DNA of 59,417 nt, counting the filler, from Sphacelaria rigidula (lineage: Eukaryota): the NCBI GenBank assembly GCA_964200075.2. It is 10 parts of 10 records of this genome, joined end to end, with 100 filler letters (N's around TTAATTAATTAA, not from the genome) between each part and the next. Parts side by side here need not be neighbours in the genome. Positions count along the whole stretch, not along the records: positions 23,809 to 29,660 come from CAXNAA020023972.1; positions 29,761 to 35,612 come from CAXNAA020023973.1; positions 35,713 to 41,564 come from CAXNAA020023974.1; 7 more parts are not named here. One strand, 5' to 3'. This document shows positions 25,873-36,699 of the stretch, piece after piece. Positions within the stretch are counted from its first letter, which is position 1, and each line of letters opens with the position of its first letter. The position numbers and the translations under genes were made by a program. The notes beneath the pieces are model-generated. The model did not search any database. It had not been told where the DNA came from and saw nothing but the letters and a program-made list of their open reading frames with translations.

Positions 25873-27318
25873 ACTTTTCTACTGTACGAGTTTTTGCACA
25901 GATCGCCGTTATCCATGGTGTGTCCCAGTAGAGATCAATGTTGTTTGCCAGTTTAACCCATTCCGCGAGTAGGTCACCTGCTGAATGGCATCAATATTCA
26001 CTTGAAAAAAGTACGCGTGGTCCAGATGGACTACCCGCACCGCAGTCGAAGCGTTAAGAGGGGAAGCAGCCTGCTTGGGGGCTTGGTGTAGCCATGGTGC
26101 GATTGTGACGGCAGTTTCTTATTATTCTGAGGTGCAGTGCATTCTTGCAGATTCTCACCTGCCGACCCTCTTCCACTTTCCGATTTCAGGTTCTTTTTCC
26201 GACTGAGTTCAGCACAAGTGCTCACCCGTAAAATCTGCAAGAAAAACAAACGATTCTGAGATTCTCAACCACAATTTTTTTAACATCTGTCGCGCTCTGG
26301 ACTGAGCCAACCAGGGCGACCGGCGTGCGTGTGCACCAATATTTTTAACGGGAGTAACCTGCCAAGTATCGCCAAATGGAATTGGCGGTATCAATCTCGC
26401 AAAGGAAGCGGTGGCAGGATGGTCACAACACATTTCGGCGCCCTCTTGGAACACGAGGGGGTATTGCGAATAGAACCAAATACCTCCGACTGCGCTCACC
26501 ACTAATGCAGCACGCACTCGCCGTGCCACCCAACATGCAATACGAGCATGTATACGATTTACCAAGGTGAAGTGAAACAAGAGCAGAGGAAACCGTCACC
26601 AGTATTTTAGGGGTGCCCAGTGGAGATCCCACGTCTGTACTACGAGCACATCTAGCTTTTTGAAACGATATCTGTAACCGTTTTCTTGCATTCGACGTCG
26701 TCACTTCCGAGGATAAATTTCTTCAGACGGTGTCTGTACTGCTGTTGTACTGCATATACTGCACCGTGTCGACAACTGCTTCAGAGTGACGACACACGTG
26801 ACTGCTTCGTCTGCCTGTATCCAAACAACACCTGTGATTCTATTTCTGCTCAAATGCGCACCATGCCATACGTTTTTCACTGGCTCGACTTACGAGTACT
26901 TCGTTTCCGCTGATGGTGCAGAGACTATGTGGAGGCAGGGATCTCATGAGCACGGCCACATCAGATGGCGAAAGCCAAGCGTCACCTTTATACTGACGCT
27001 TCTGCGCCGCTGTCGGGTAATTGCGGCGTGACTGCCGCTGGATTGATGTACAACAGACTGTATAGTAGGTACAACACACGGGTGGGTCGTCTGTTACCGT
27101 TACGGCCAATACGGACAGCAAACTCTATGTCAATATACGGATAATACCCCAGCTCACCGAGAAAGGATAGACACACGCAAGTGAGTGTGCGTTCACGTTT
27201 CCAATGAGGTGCTTCGGTCATGGACTGAAGCAAAATCGGAGGTCACAGGCGCTGTATCTACAATGTGCCCGGATTTCATTAACCAGTTGTTCAGACCCGA
27301 GGTCGGATATGAGTAGAT

Positions 27319-27505
27319 TGTAATGCGTGAGAGGACCGCGTGCTTAGAGGACCGCATCGTAGTCCAAAACACCCCAGGATTGACGTTTTTCGAAACTAAT
27401 CTGGCCAGTCCCTGCAGGAACCACGCCCCTGACCCTAACCCCAACCATAAGGATGTTCAAATTGAGATGCGGTCCTCCAAGCACGCGGTCCTCTTACGCG
27501 TTACA
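27319..27505. mobile_element. MITE with TGT...ACA ends and about 40-bp TIRs
   Basis: TGTAATGCGTGAGAGGACCGCGTGCTTAGAGGACCGCATC versus GATGCGGTCCTCCAAGCACGCGGTCCTCTTACGCGTTACA. Flanks are AGAT and AGCT. Confidence 0.8.
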
Positions 27506-29179
27506 AGCTGTTGGGTTTGCTCAGGATTCGCCGAAAATAACTTCTGAACACAACAGACAGTACGGTGTTCGCGAAGTACAAAAACGGGTCAGGATTTGGA
27601 CTTTGTTTTTCCCCCGAAGTCCAAAGTCAGTCCAAAGTCCGATGGTTGCGCTTCGCCCGGTTTGCTCTTTTAATAAGTGTGGAGATCGCCATTTGGGCAT
27701 GTGCGGAGAGATTTCCTTTTATGACGTGTAACCTAGTAACGGCTGTTTCAGGGGTAAGTTCGCAGGAGCCCCGAAACTTCCATATCTGTACAGCCGGATC
27801 TGGGACCCCAAGGTAACAGGGATCTTCCCAGCGAACTGCTGGCTATCCCTGGGGATCACTCTTGACCAAGACTCTCAGACTTCGTCATCGGGCTAACTCG
27901 CTCGCGCTCGTCGAGCTTTCCCGAGTGATCCACTTTGCCTCAACCCCACGACTTACGGTCAATCCTTGACTACATAACCCGAGGGAAATCATCGGCCACC
28001 TTCGACGGTTTCCACCGTCACCGGGAGTCTCACGACTTCCACATAAGAGATGCTATTGGCCAACAGGCGTGACGTGTAATGTGTGACTGTCCTCGCGACA
28101 ACACACACCACACAAGCCACCTCGCTGTTCACGCAAACACTAGAGCACACGCCCAGAGCATGGCGAATCAACGGGTGATGGTGTAGCAGAGTGTTTGTGT
28201 TAGGTCAGCACAGTACCATATGCACACAGAAATATTATGTTGAGCACAAGTTGATACAGACAGCGATTGACGTGACGTGTATCCGGTTTTCACAGAAGAA
28301 GTTGTTGCAGACCAGGGGAATCATTTTGATCACAAGTAATAAATCACATGGGCACAAACAACGTTCTCGAGTACTTTTAGTCGTGGCCTGTGTTTGCCGC
28401 CTGCCTGACCCCTGGTGTTGTCAACATAGGTTCACACTGCAGTGTTGTCGTGGAACACTAAGCTAAGCAGAGACTGTTGGAATTTGAGAGATAACAGTTG
28501 CGAATATACATATTCGAGATTATAGCGGTAAAACCAGTTGTTATGGTTCATCGTTAGAACAAAGATAGTAGGAATGGCCAAAGCAGTGAGGTTGTTTTTA
28601 TTAGTTGCCCCCCGCCCGGTGGCCTTACGAATCCCTTTGTGTCATCTGTATTTTCTGTTCTTGTCTTTTATTTTATTTCCCTTTTCTGTCGATGCACTTT
28701 CTTAGCAGATCTGATTTTTTTTTTTTGTTCTTTCCCACTCCGTTGATCTCGGGGAAGCTACTTCTCATATTTTTCTTGACATCTCTCTTCTTATTTTCAT
28801 TTTGGTAATATTTGAGTTAATTGCGTTTGTTCATTATTTCGGCTGGAGTCTCTGAAAAAATGATGGGGGACTCTATGTCTTGCAAGGAATAGCAGGGACG
28901 GTATTGGAAAGACGAGCCTACGTCTGTGACCACGGGTTCGAGAGATCGGACTGATGTGCGGAAATAATAATAATAAAGTGATATATTCATCGAAGAATAC
29001 TCTGAATGGCGGGCCCATGGGTACGGGCCATATTTCATAACGCAAACACTATTTTCAAGTTATTTAATTTAAATTATTACCAGTCCCTCTACGTTTCATG
29101 ACGCATTTCATAACGTAAACCTGATTTCAGTATGGACTCCGTCACACTTGTTGGCCGTCGTGCTTTTGTTCTGGATGGT

Positions 29180-29430
29180 AGAGGATTCAAACGCCTCCGG
29201 AGGGGTGCGCGGCTCTGCCGAGGAGAGTTTTTGGTTTGCTCCAGAGGGATTAAATGCCTCCGGAGGCTTGTTTTGCCTCTGGGGGGCCGCGCATACCCCC
29301 AAATTCCTCCGGAGGGGTGCGCGGCCCTCTGGGTCGGTCGTGCTTCGTTTCCTCCAGAGGGATTGAAGGCCTCCGCAGGCTTGTTTGCCTCTGGAGGGCC
29401 GCGCATGCCTCCGGAGGCATTTTGGGGGGT
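29180..29430. repeat. About 115-bp tandem duplication rich in CCTCCGGAGG palindromes
   Basis: CCTCCGGAGGGGTGCGCGGC and CTCCAGAGGGATT.AA.GCCTCCG.AGGCTTGTTT each occur twice. Confidence 0.75.
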
Positions 29431-29447
29431 AGCCAAATTGCCGCGTG

Positions 29448-29606
29448 TGAAAGCCAAGCACCGCAGAAGAAAGGTGGAGTATAAAAATAAATGAAAAAAA
29501 AAGCCTCTTGTGTTGACCTTCCTCCTCTTCTTGTGTGACCTCGGCTGATGCGCCCACATATACCGAAAGGTGTAGACTGGCGTCCAGAATATATAGTAGT
29601 CAGCAT
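29448..29606 (+). mobile_element. 3' half of the tRNA-derived SINE
   Basis: AAGCACCGCAGAAG...GCTGATGCGCCCACATATACCG.AAGGTGTAGACTGGCGTCCAGAATA matches the reverse complement of 49395-49525 and 53835-53970. Confidence 0.8.
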
Positions 29607-29760
29607 CAGAAGTTTTCCGAATTCGTAGTTGTCCTTTTTTCTGAGTTTTTCTGGAGTACGNNNNNNNNNNNNNNNNNNNNNNNNNNNNNNNNNNNNNNNN
29701 NNNNTTAATTAATTAANNNNNNNNNNNNNNNNNNNNNNNNNNNNNNNNNNNNNNNNNNNN

Positions 29761-31358
29761 GTGGAAGAAGTTGTGGGAAGCTGGGGTCAGAGAAAAGATG
29801 TGGAGAATGGTGAAGAAGATGACGGAATGTGCCAAAAGTGCCATGATGCTAGACTGGGAAATATCGAAATATTTCGATATCTTACAAGGAGTTGCACAAG
29901 GATGTACGCTATCACCCACTTTGTTTCAAGTATTTATTAGTGACTTGATAATAGCAATACAATCAGCAGAGCAAGGAGTCAAGGCGAGTGAAGATATGGT
30001 ATCAGGATTGATGTTCGCGGATGAATTTGTGGAGATCTCTCAGGAACAGCAGAAGGATTGCAGAAGCAAATAGACAAGGCGCTAGAATACACTGGGAAGT
30101 AGAGAATGATAGCGAACGTTAACACATGCGCGGTACTCGTATGTAACGAAGATAAGGAAAATTCTATAGAGTCCAAATGGAAGTGGGGAGGAGAGGAATT
30201 GCCGATCGTAGACCAGTGTACATACCTTGGCGTGGAAATATATAAAAAATGTGTTCTTGGGATGCACACATACATATTGTAGAGTAATAGAAAAGAGTAA
30301 AGCACAGATAGGAAGGATGGACGTGATTCTCAGAGACTCGCACCTAGACACTAGGATCAAGAGATGTATCCTGATGAACGTGATTGTGCCAAAGCTGGAA
30401 TATGCAGGAGAAGTATGGAAGGGGAACGTGAAGTTGGTGAAGAAGTTGGAGACAGTACAGATGGCTGCAGCTAAGCAGATACTGGGATGATCGAAAACGA
30501 CGAGTTACAGCACTGAGAGCAGAGTTGGGAATGTATTCACTTGAAACGAACAGAGACATGAGGAAATTGCGATGGTAAAATAGCGTAAAGAACATGCAGA
30601 GAAAGAGATTTCCAGCTGTAGTTGATAGGGCTGTGTGGAAGAAAATGGTGGAAGGACAGGCTGGAATAAGGTGGGATACAGAAGTCGAGAAAGTATGGAA
30701 AGAGACACGAGGGATTCAAAACCAAATACTGTCCATAGGTCAAGGTGAGGGGTACAAGACAAAAGTAAGAGACATGGTAGAAATAAGGGGGAAAGCAGCG
30801 CTCAGACACAAATTAGACGAGGAAGAACACCTGGAGATATACGGGTGGTTGAGAGAGGGAATAGGGATGAAAGCATATCTGCATGATACAATGAACGCAG
30901 CAAAATATATGAAATTTCGATATGGAGTTGGGAGTCTGGACCTGGTGGAAAGAAGAAAGAGATATACCAGTAGTCGAGTGGAGGAGGAAGTAGATGACAG
31001 AACTGCCTCTGTGGCAAAGAAATAGAGAGCATAATTCATATAGTGGTAGAATGCGAACTGTACAAGGAGGAGCGGGGCGTGCGGGACGTGAACGAAGGTG
31101 GCATGAAATCGTTTGATGCATGAGACAGTAGCGAGAACATGATGTCTATACTAGGAAATAGATGGTGGCCAGAGACGGCGAAACAGGACGGAGATAATAT
31201 ATGCATAATGTTTTGTGTAGTGTATGGAAGAAACGTAATGAGCACCGAAATGTTGGAGGTGTCTCTATCAGAAGTTGGAACGGTGGTCCGTTTCGAAAGG
31301 GATGCGTAGTCAATGGTCAAACGACCAAGGCAAGCAACAAATGCACGCCCCTCCCCCC
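29761..31358 (+). mobile_element. Decayed non-LTR retrotransposon (LINE): ORF2 RT domain, C-terminal CCHC finger and 3' end
   Basis: QGVAQGCTLSPTLF and LMFADE (YADD-type) RT motifs. CLCGKEIESIIHIVVEC finger at about 31003-31055. Several stops and frameshifts. Ends in a C-rich run. Confidence 0.92.
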
Positions 31359-31364
31359 ATGAGG

Positions 31365-31730
31365 CATCCCTAACGGTCACGCTTCCTTTCTACTTTCATA
31401 GTGGTTATGTAAGTAGTTGTCTGTTGAGATCTCCCCTCCGATGTTTTGTCCCCATCTCTCTCCGTTTGTGGCTAGTTTCCATTCACTTCAATCGAGGGTG
31501 GCAGAAGAAGTATGGACTATGGTCTATAAAAGATTGTCGAACTGCCCGGAAACTTTTCGGAGTTTAACATCCCTCCGACTAGCACCTGATCTTGGGGTTG
31601 AAATTCATTATCTGCTTATACTACTAAATTATGGTCAAGATCAGGGTTGCTTTTCGCTCTTCACCATTTTTGTTCAAAACCTCCACGCGTGCGAGACCCG
31701 TGGTGTTGACACCTGCGGTACTGACTGACT
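31365..31730 (+). mobile_element. Helitron-like non-autonomous repeat, truncated copy
   Basis: CCCTAACGGTCA...AGATCTCCCCTCCGA...CACGCGTGCGAGACCCG is shared with 32520-33143. Confidence 0.55.
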
Positions 31731-32519
31731 CTGCACAAAATTGACTGCAGGGTCAAAACCGGCCAGGGGTTCTCCGGGACTATTATCCATACAGATGTAG
31801 TCTGCCTATCCAAAGAAACGAAGAAGAGATAGAGTATCCGGAGAAATGAAGCTGAACACTAAGATACGGTTCAACTCCCGAACAGTGCTCTCCGAGACCT
31901 AAAGTAATGACAAATAACTTTCGTATGGACGACCTCATCCTCGCAGATCTACCTGAAACTATTTTCGGGAGTTCCCAGACTTCCGTTCCCCCAGAGGGTA
32001 TGTGCGAGAGCACATTTTGGCCCCGATTTCGGGGTGAAAAAAAGGAACGCTTTTGAGCCCGAAAATGATGCTTTCACAAATACCGTGTGGGGGAATAGAA
32101 GACGAGAAACCCTCCGAAACGTTTCGGGGGGGAAGGCGGGGGGGGGGAGGAGGTCGTTCATATGAGAGTCATTCATCATTTCTGAGTGATGCCAAGGTAG
32201 GGGTACACCTTCCAGTACGAAAGCTTTCTTAAGCTGCACCGTAAGGCTGAGATATTTGTCATCGAGAGGCTCCTACAGCAAAGAGTCTCAGAAAAATAAG
32301 TACACCCTTAACGTGGCATTGCTCTACTTTAGGTCAGGGAAAACATTGTTTTAGAGGTCAACCCCATTTTAATGTTCAACCCCCATTTCTCAGGATCCTC
32401 TGTTAAAAATGGTCTATAGCCGGTAAGGTGTCGTTGAACAGCCCGGATACTTGTAGGAGGCTAACCCCCCCCCCCCCAGGGGTAGGGGTAGGGTTAGCCC
32501 CCCCCCCCCCCGTTTAGCA

Positions 32520-33143
32520 CCCCTAACGGTCAGACTTACAGTACTTTCTTCTTTCGTAGGGGATACGCAAATCCTCATCTGCTTAGATCTCCCCTCCGAC
32601 GTTTTCTCCCCAACTCCCTCCGTCTCTGCTTATTTGACATTTGCCCAGTTGAGGACGGCGGGTCGCAACGCTTTTGAAGGCATGTCCCACGCTCAGCAAA
32701 AAAAAAGGTAAACTACTTATTTTTCCAGGGTCTTGAGGGTAAGCTTGAAAGGCAGTTGAAATAAGGGTAAATCCCGTGACGTGTCAGTGGCGTGGAGGTG
32801 TATATGGCGTCTGAATAGGGAAGGAGTCACCTTAAGGCACGATTTCTCCATGTCAATGATGTAGTCTAAATCAAGCGTATTCAAATGAGGGGGGAAAATG
32901 TGTCAATGGTCCATGGAATGCCGTCGAACAGCACGGACACTTTTCGGAGTTTTACACCCCTCGATTAGCATCTTGTCTTGGGGTTGATGAAAGTCCTCAT
33001 CAGCTTATACTATTAAGTCATGGTTAACGCCAGGGTCGTTTAAGCTCTCCGCCATTTTGTTCAGAACCCTCACGCGTGCGAGACCCGGGGTGTTGGTACC
33101 TGCGGCACGGCTGCCACGCGCGTCAGCCGTGGCTAACCACTAG
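32520..33143 (+). mobile_element. Helitron-like non-autonomous element; 3' end intact, 5' end undefined
   Basis: GC hairpin GCCACG-CGCGTCAGC-CGTGGC followed 6 nt later by CTAG|T at 33140-33144. A homologous end lies on the minus strand at 49140-49270. Confidence 0.65.
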
Positions 33144-34194
33144 TTTTCTTAACTGCAATACTTCGATTGTGTGCGTGTTACGTGCACTCATTTGTATACG
33201 GTGGCTATACGTTCTCATTTCCCACCATCGTAGGGGGTGTTCGCACTGCGCCAATTGCGGATTGCGCTCGTTACCTGTGGTGCGACGATTCTAAGACCTC
33301 GCGATAGCTGCGTTCCCGCTGGCGCGACGCCATGTTTTTGATAAAAGTCGCAAGTAGTGTTGGGCCATTCTCTGAACGTGGCCCCAGATAATACGCTGCT
33401 CTTCTTGCGATTTTCCGGTCTGCCGACTTTCCATGGGTCTTCTTCAAAGCTCGTGAACTGGTCGAGGCTGCAGAAGACAACGAGAGGCAGGTGATGGGGA
33501 CAAGCAGACCCAGACGCCTTGTTCGTGTGTGTGGCATGCAGACCCCCCACGGTTTTTCAGCCGGGTATCTATCAATTGTGTGCCTGGCATGTTGTGGAGC
33601 ACACCGTTGCGTGAATCCGTCTCATCCAACGGTGATCGCCTGCAAAACGGTTACCTGTGCCATACTGTACTGACTGTAACTTGCAGGCGGAGGTGTAAAG
33701 TCGCGCGATTGTGCATGTTGCCGATCACGAACCTGGCCCAGTATTCGGTGTTCATGATTTTTCTTGTGCAAACTGCATGGATGATCCACAGAACGCGTGG
33801 GAGCAGCAGCAACACACATCGAAAAAGTTTCATCGCTTCGTACCACCGCGTTCAGACCGCTGGCCCGTTACCAACCGCAACCTATCTCGCCGAACGTCCA
33901 AAGATAGAAGGCGTTCATGGTCCATGGAAAATAACTTACATGATAATAGCATATAGATAATGGAAAATAACTTGTAGAGATATGCGTTTACTACGACGGC
34001 CGCCTTGTTGTGTTGGCACGTGTAGATACTGAGACACGTCCATCAGGGCAACACCCGTCATCCACAGTAAAGCACCGTGCGGTGTAGGTATCACAGATCG
34101 CCGTTGCACAGAAGGTGCAGCATTGTCTTCTTTGTTCCTGTACAATAACACACACGTACACCAAAAATACGCGTACACAGCGTCAAAGCACCTC

Positions 34195-34701
34195 ATGACA
34201 GAAGGGAGAGCTATCATGAGGAAGCGTGCGGTGCGCGGACGGGCTATGGCACCTCATCAAGCAATGCCACGGAACAACACGACAACGACAACAAAAGCAA
34301 TGCTGATGGCACTGGTCGTAGCTCTTGTCGTTAACCGAGCCTCCTCGTCAGTGAGAAGCTCCATTCCGATGGCCTTCGCGGGTGGAGACCTCGTGGCCAC
34401 GCTTAAAAAGTCGGGTGAGGCACCCGTACGAACCGTCTCATGTGTGGGTTCCCAGGGGTCAGGCAAGTCGACTCTGTTGAGGTCTATGTTCGGGGGAGAA
34501 GGGGCCGCGGAGGCGCCGGCGGCGCCATCGGGTGGTTTGGCACTCATGGAAGGAAGGAGTAATTGCGCGAATGCGGCGGGTACCGATGTGTTCTCTGTCG
34601 GCTCGGGGCAGACGATGGTGTCGCTGGCTGTCTCGGATGTGATGATTTACAATGTCATGGTGCATGATCTCATCCGACCGGATGCCTTGTCTGAGCTCCA
34701 G
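34195..34701 (+). CDS. RHD3/Sey1-like (atlastin-family) P-loop protein, first exon; 3'-partial
   Basis: VSCVGSQGSGKSTLLRSMFG (G1, 34447-34473) and SLAVSDVMIYNVMVHDLIRP (compare ALAVSDIVLINMWCHDIGR of RHD3). CAG|GTGGGT donor. Start codon uncertain (34195, 34216, 34246, 34264 or 34300). Confidence 0.8.
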
Positions 34702-35481
34702 GTGGGTCTTGTACTTGTGCGACTGATAATGTACTGACTATACTGCAAATGCTTAAACTTTTGTCACATTAGGGGGGTCGCGAGTTGTGGATAAGCAATG
34801 GTGCAACGCGCATGAGGGGGTGGCGTCATGTACTGTTGTAGATAGAGTACTTGTAGGCGAGTTTCAGGCGGCATGCCAACGACGAAATGCAGTTGGGGGT
34901 ACGGTAGGTAAGTACATGGTGGAAGTACAACGGCAGGAGTTCGAGGGAGCCAAGAACGGCGAATTTGTGCGGCAGGAAACAGGCTGGCCGCAACACATGC
35001 AGCGAGCAGCCCCGCGCACTGCCTTAGCTTAGGACGTTTTCACAACAAGGGGACTCTCGTGGCCGAAACTGAGTAAATCTGTGTACGACTCGTCTCGGGT
35101 AAATGCGTTGTGCTGCTGCTGCGCCAAATATGTGCGACAAATATTACACATGATCATGTTGAAATAGACCTGCCCAAGGGCATCTTCAATGTGAATCAGG
35201 AACTCCGCTTCCGGGTTCCGTTCTCGGCTGATCAAAGTAAGACCGGATCTCTTTCTATGTCCGTTTCCCTGGGTTGGTGCAAAAACAAAAGTGCTGGCTG
35301 AAGCTCTCGAGGCGTAGGCAACCCGTTCCAGCAGTAAGGCCATGTAATAAATCCTATGCGGTCGGTGTTGACCTGAAGAAAATTGGGGGTGATTTCACCA
35401 GCCGTGACGGTGCGGTAGATCGAAGCACACGCAAAAATAACCGTCGTGAAAATCAATGGGTGATACCAACCCCGCCCCTAA

Positions 35482-35612
35482 GGCCGGATGTTATGGCAAA
35501 CAGATTTTTGGCCCACGGATTGTTCACTTTCATGACGTTTGACCCACCTTTTGACCCCCAGCCGAGAAAACCGCTAACATATGTCCCGGACACTTTGCAT
35601 CACCCCACAGAG
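35482..35612. mobile_element. Left arm of a Tourist/PIF-Harbinger-like foldback MITE
   Basis: TAA|GGCCGGATGTTATGGC...CACGGATTGTTCACTTT matches the sequence from 57277 onward. Confidence 0.8.
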
Positions 35613-36019
35613 NNNNNNNNNNNNNNNNNNNNNNNNNNNNNNNNNNNNNNNNNNNNTTAATTAATTAANNNNNNNNNNNNNNNNNNNNNNNNNNNNNNNN
35701 NNNNNNNNNNNNAATTTTGACTGGTTCCGGGGCTCCTAACGATTTTAGACGCACAAGAATACGGGTCAGGGCATCCCCGTTTGCAGATTTATTCGGGATA
35801 TCCCCAGCACATTGGAATAGTAATCTTGGCGTACTCTCGCATATTTTTATAAGTCGTGTTTTGGATGAGATAAGGGGCTCATAACAATTCTAATCTCAAA
35901 TTATTTTTGTACCCCTACGGTAGCATCCCTCGCGGCGGATGGTGGCGCGCCGACGGCACCGACGGCATGGAGAGGACTCACTAGGGGGTGCGATTGTGTA
36001 TTAAATGCCTCCACAGCAT

Positions 36020-36699
36020 CAGTGTTGCGCCAAAAGAAAAAAATAATGATTTCGGAACAGAATCCGGCATCTTTTCGCCACAATACGCACGCACATACTG
36101 CGTAACCCCAGATTCAGCAAGAGGAGGTTGTTGTCTGTTGTCTACATGACATGCGGTCGAAGTTTCAGCGCGTAAAAGCGCTGACGGCACTTGCACGGCC
36201 GTGCCTCCTGAAGTGAGCACCTCCAAAGGCGATGGCAAGATGGGTACCGCGTAGAATGACATCATCGCAAGCAGGCCCAACATAAATCGATATTTGTTTG
36301 CCGGGGCAGGAGTCACTCAGCAGGTCATGGTATGAAAGTAAGCGCATCCGCGTGTCAACATATGCGTCCACTACCATCTCCCGTAGTCTGGGCGGCGGAG
36401 ACGCCGTTTTGAGGGCATATCGACGGTATTGCCCAAATTCTGCAGTTGTTCGGGTGCGTCTCACGCACCCCCGAGCACGTGCCTCCGAACCGGGAATATG
36501 ATGTCCATGTTGTGGTCCACCTCTGTACCCAGTTAAAGGTTAGTTCCTCCAGACACGGCGGATAAACCCACAAGCAAAGTAACGCTTGACTAGTATTTGA
36601 AATACGGTACTAAACCATTGAAAGATACGTGAGGTGCGTATGATTCTCGTATGCGGCCATCTTGGTATTCGAGTTGCATTTTTTTTTGGCGCAACACTG
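36020..36699. mobile_element. hAT-like non-autonomous element
   Basis: 16-bp perfect TIR CAGTGTTGCGCCAAAA / TTTTGGCGCAACACTG. No clear 8-bp TSD. Confidence 0.6.
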
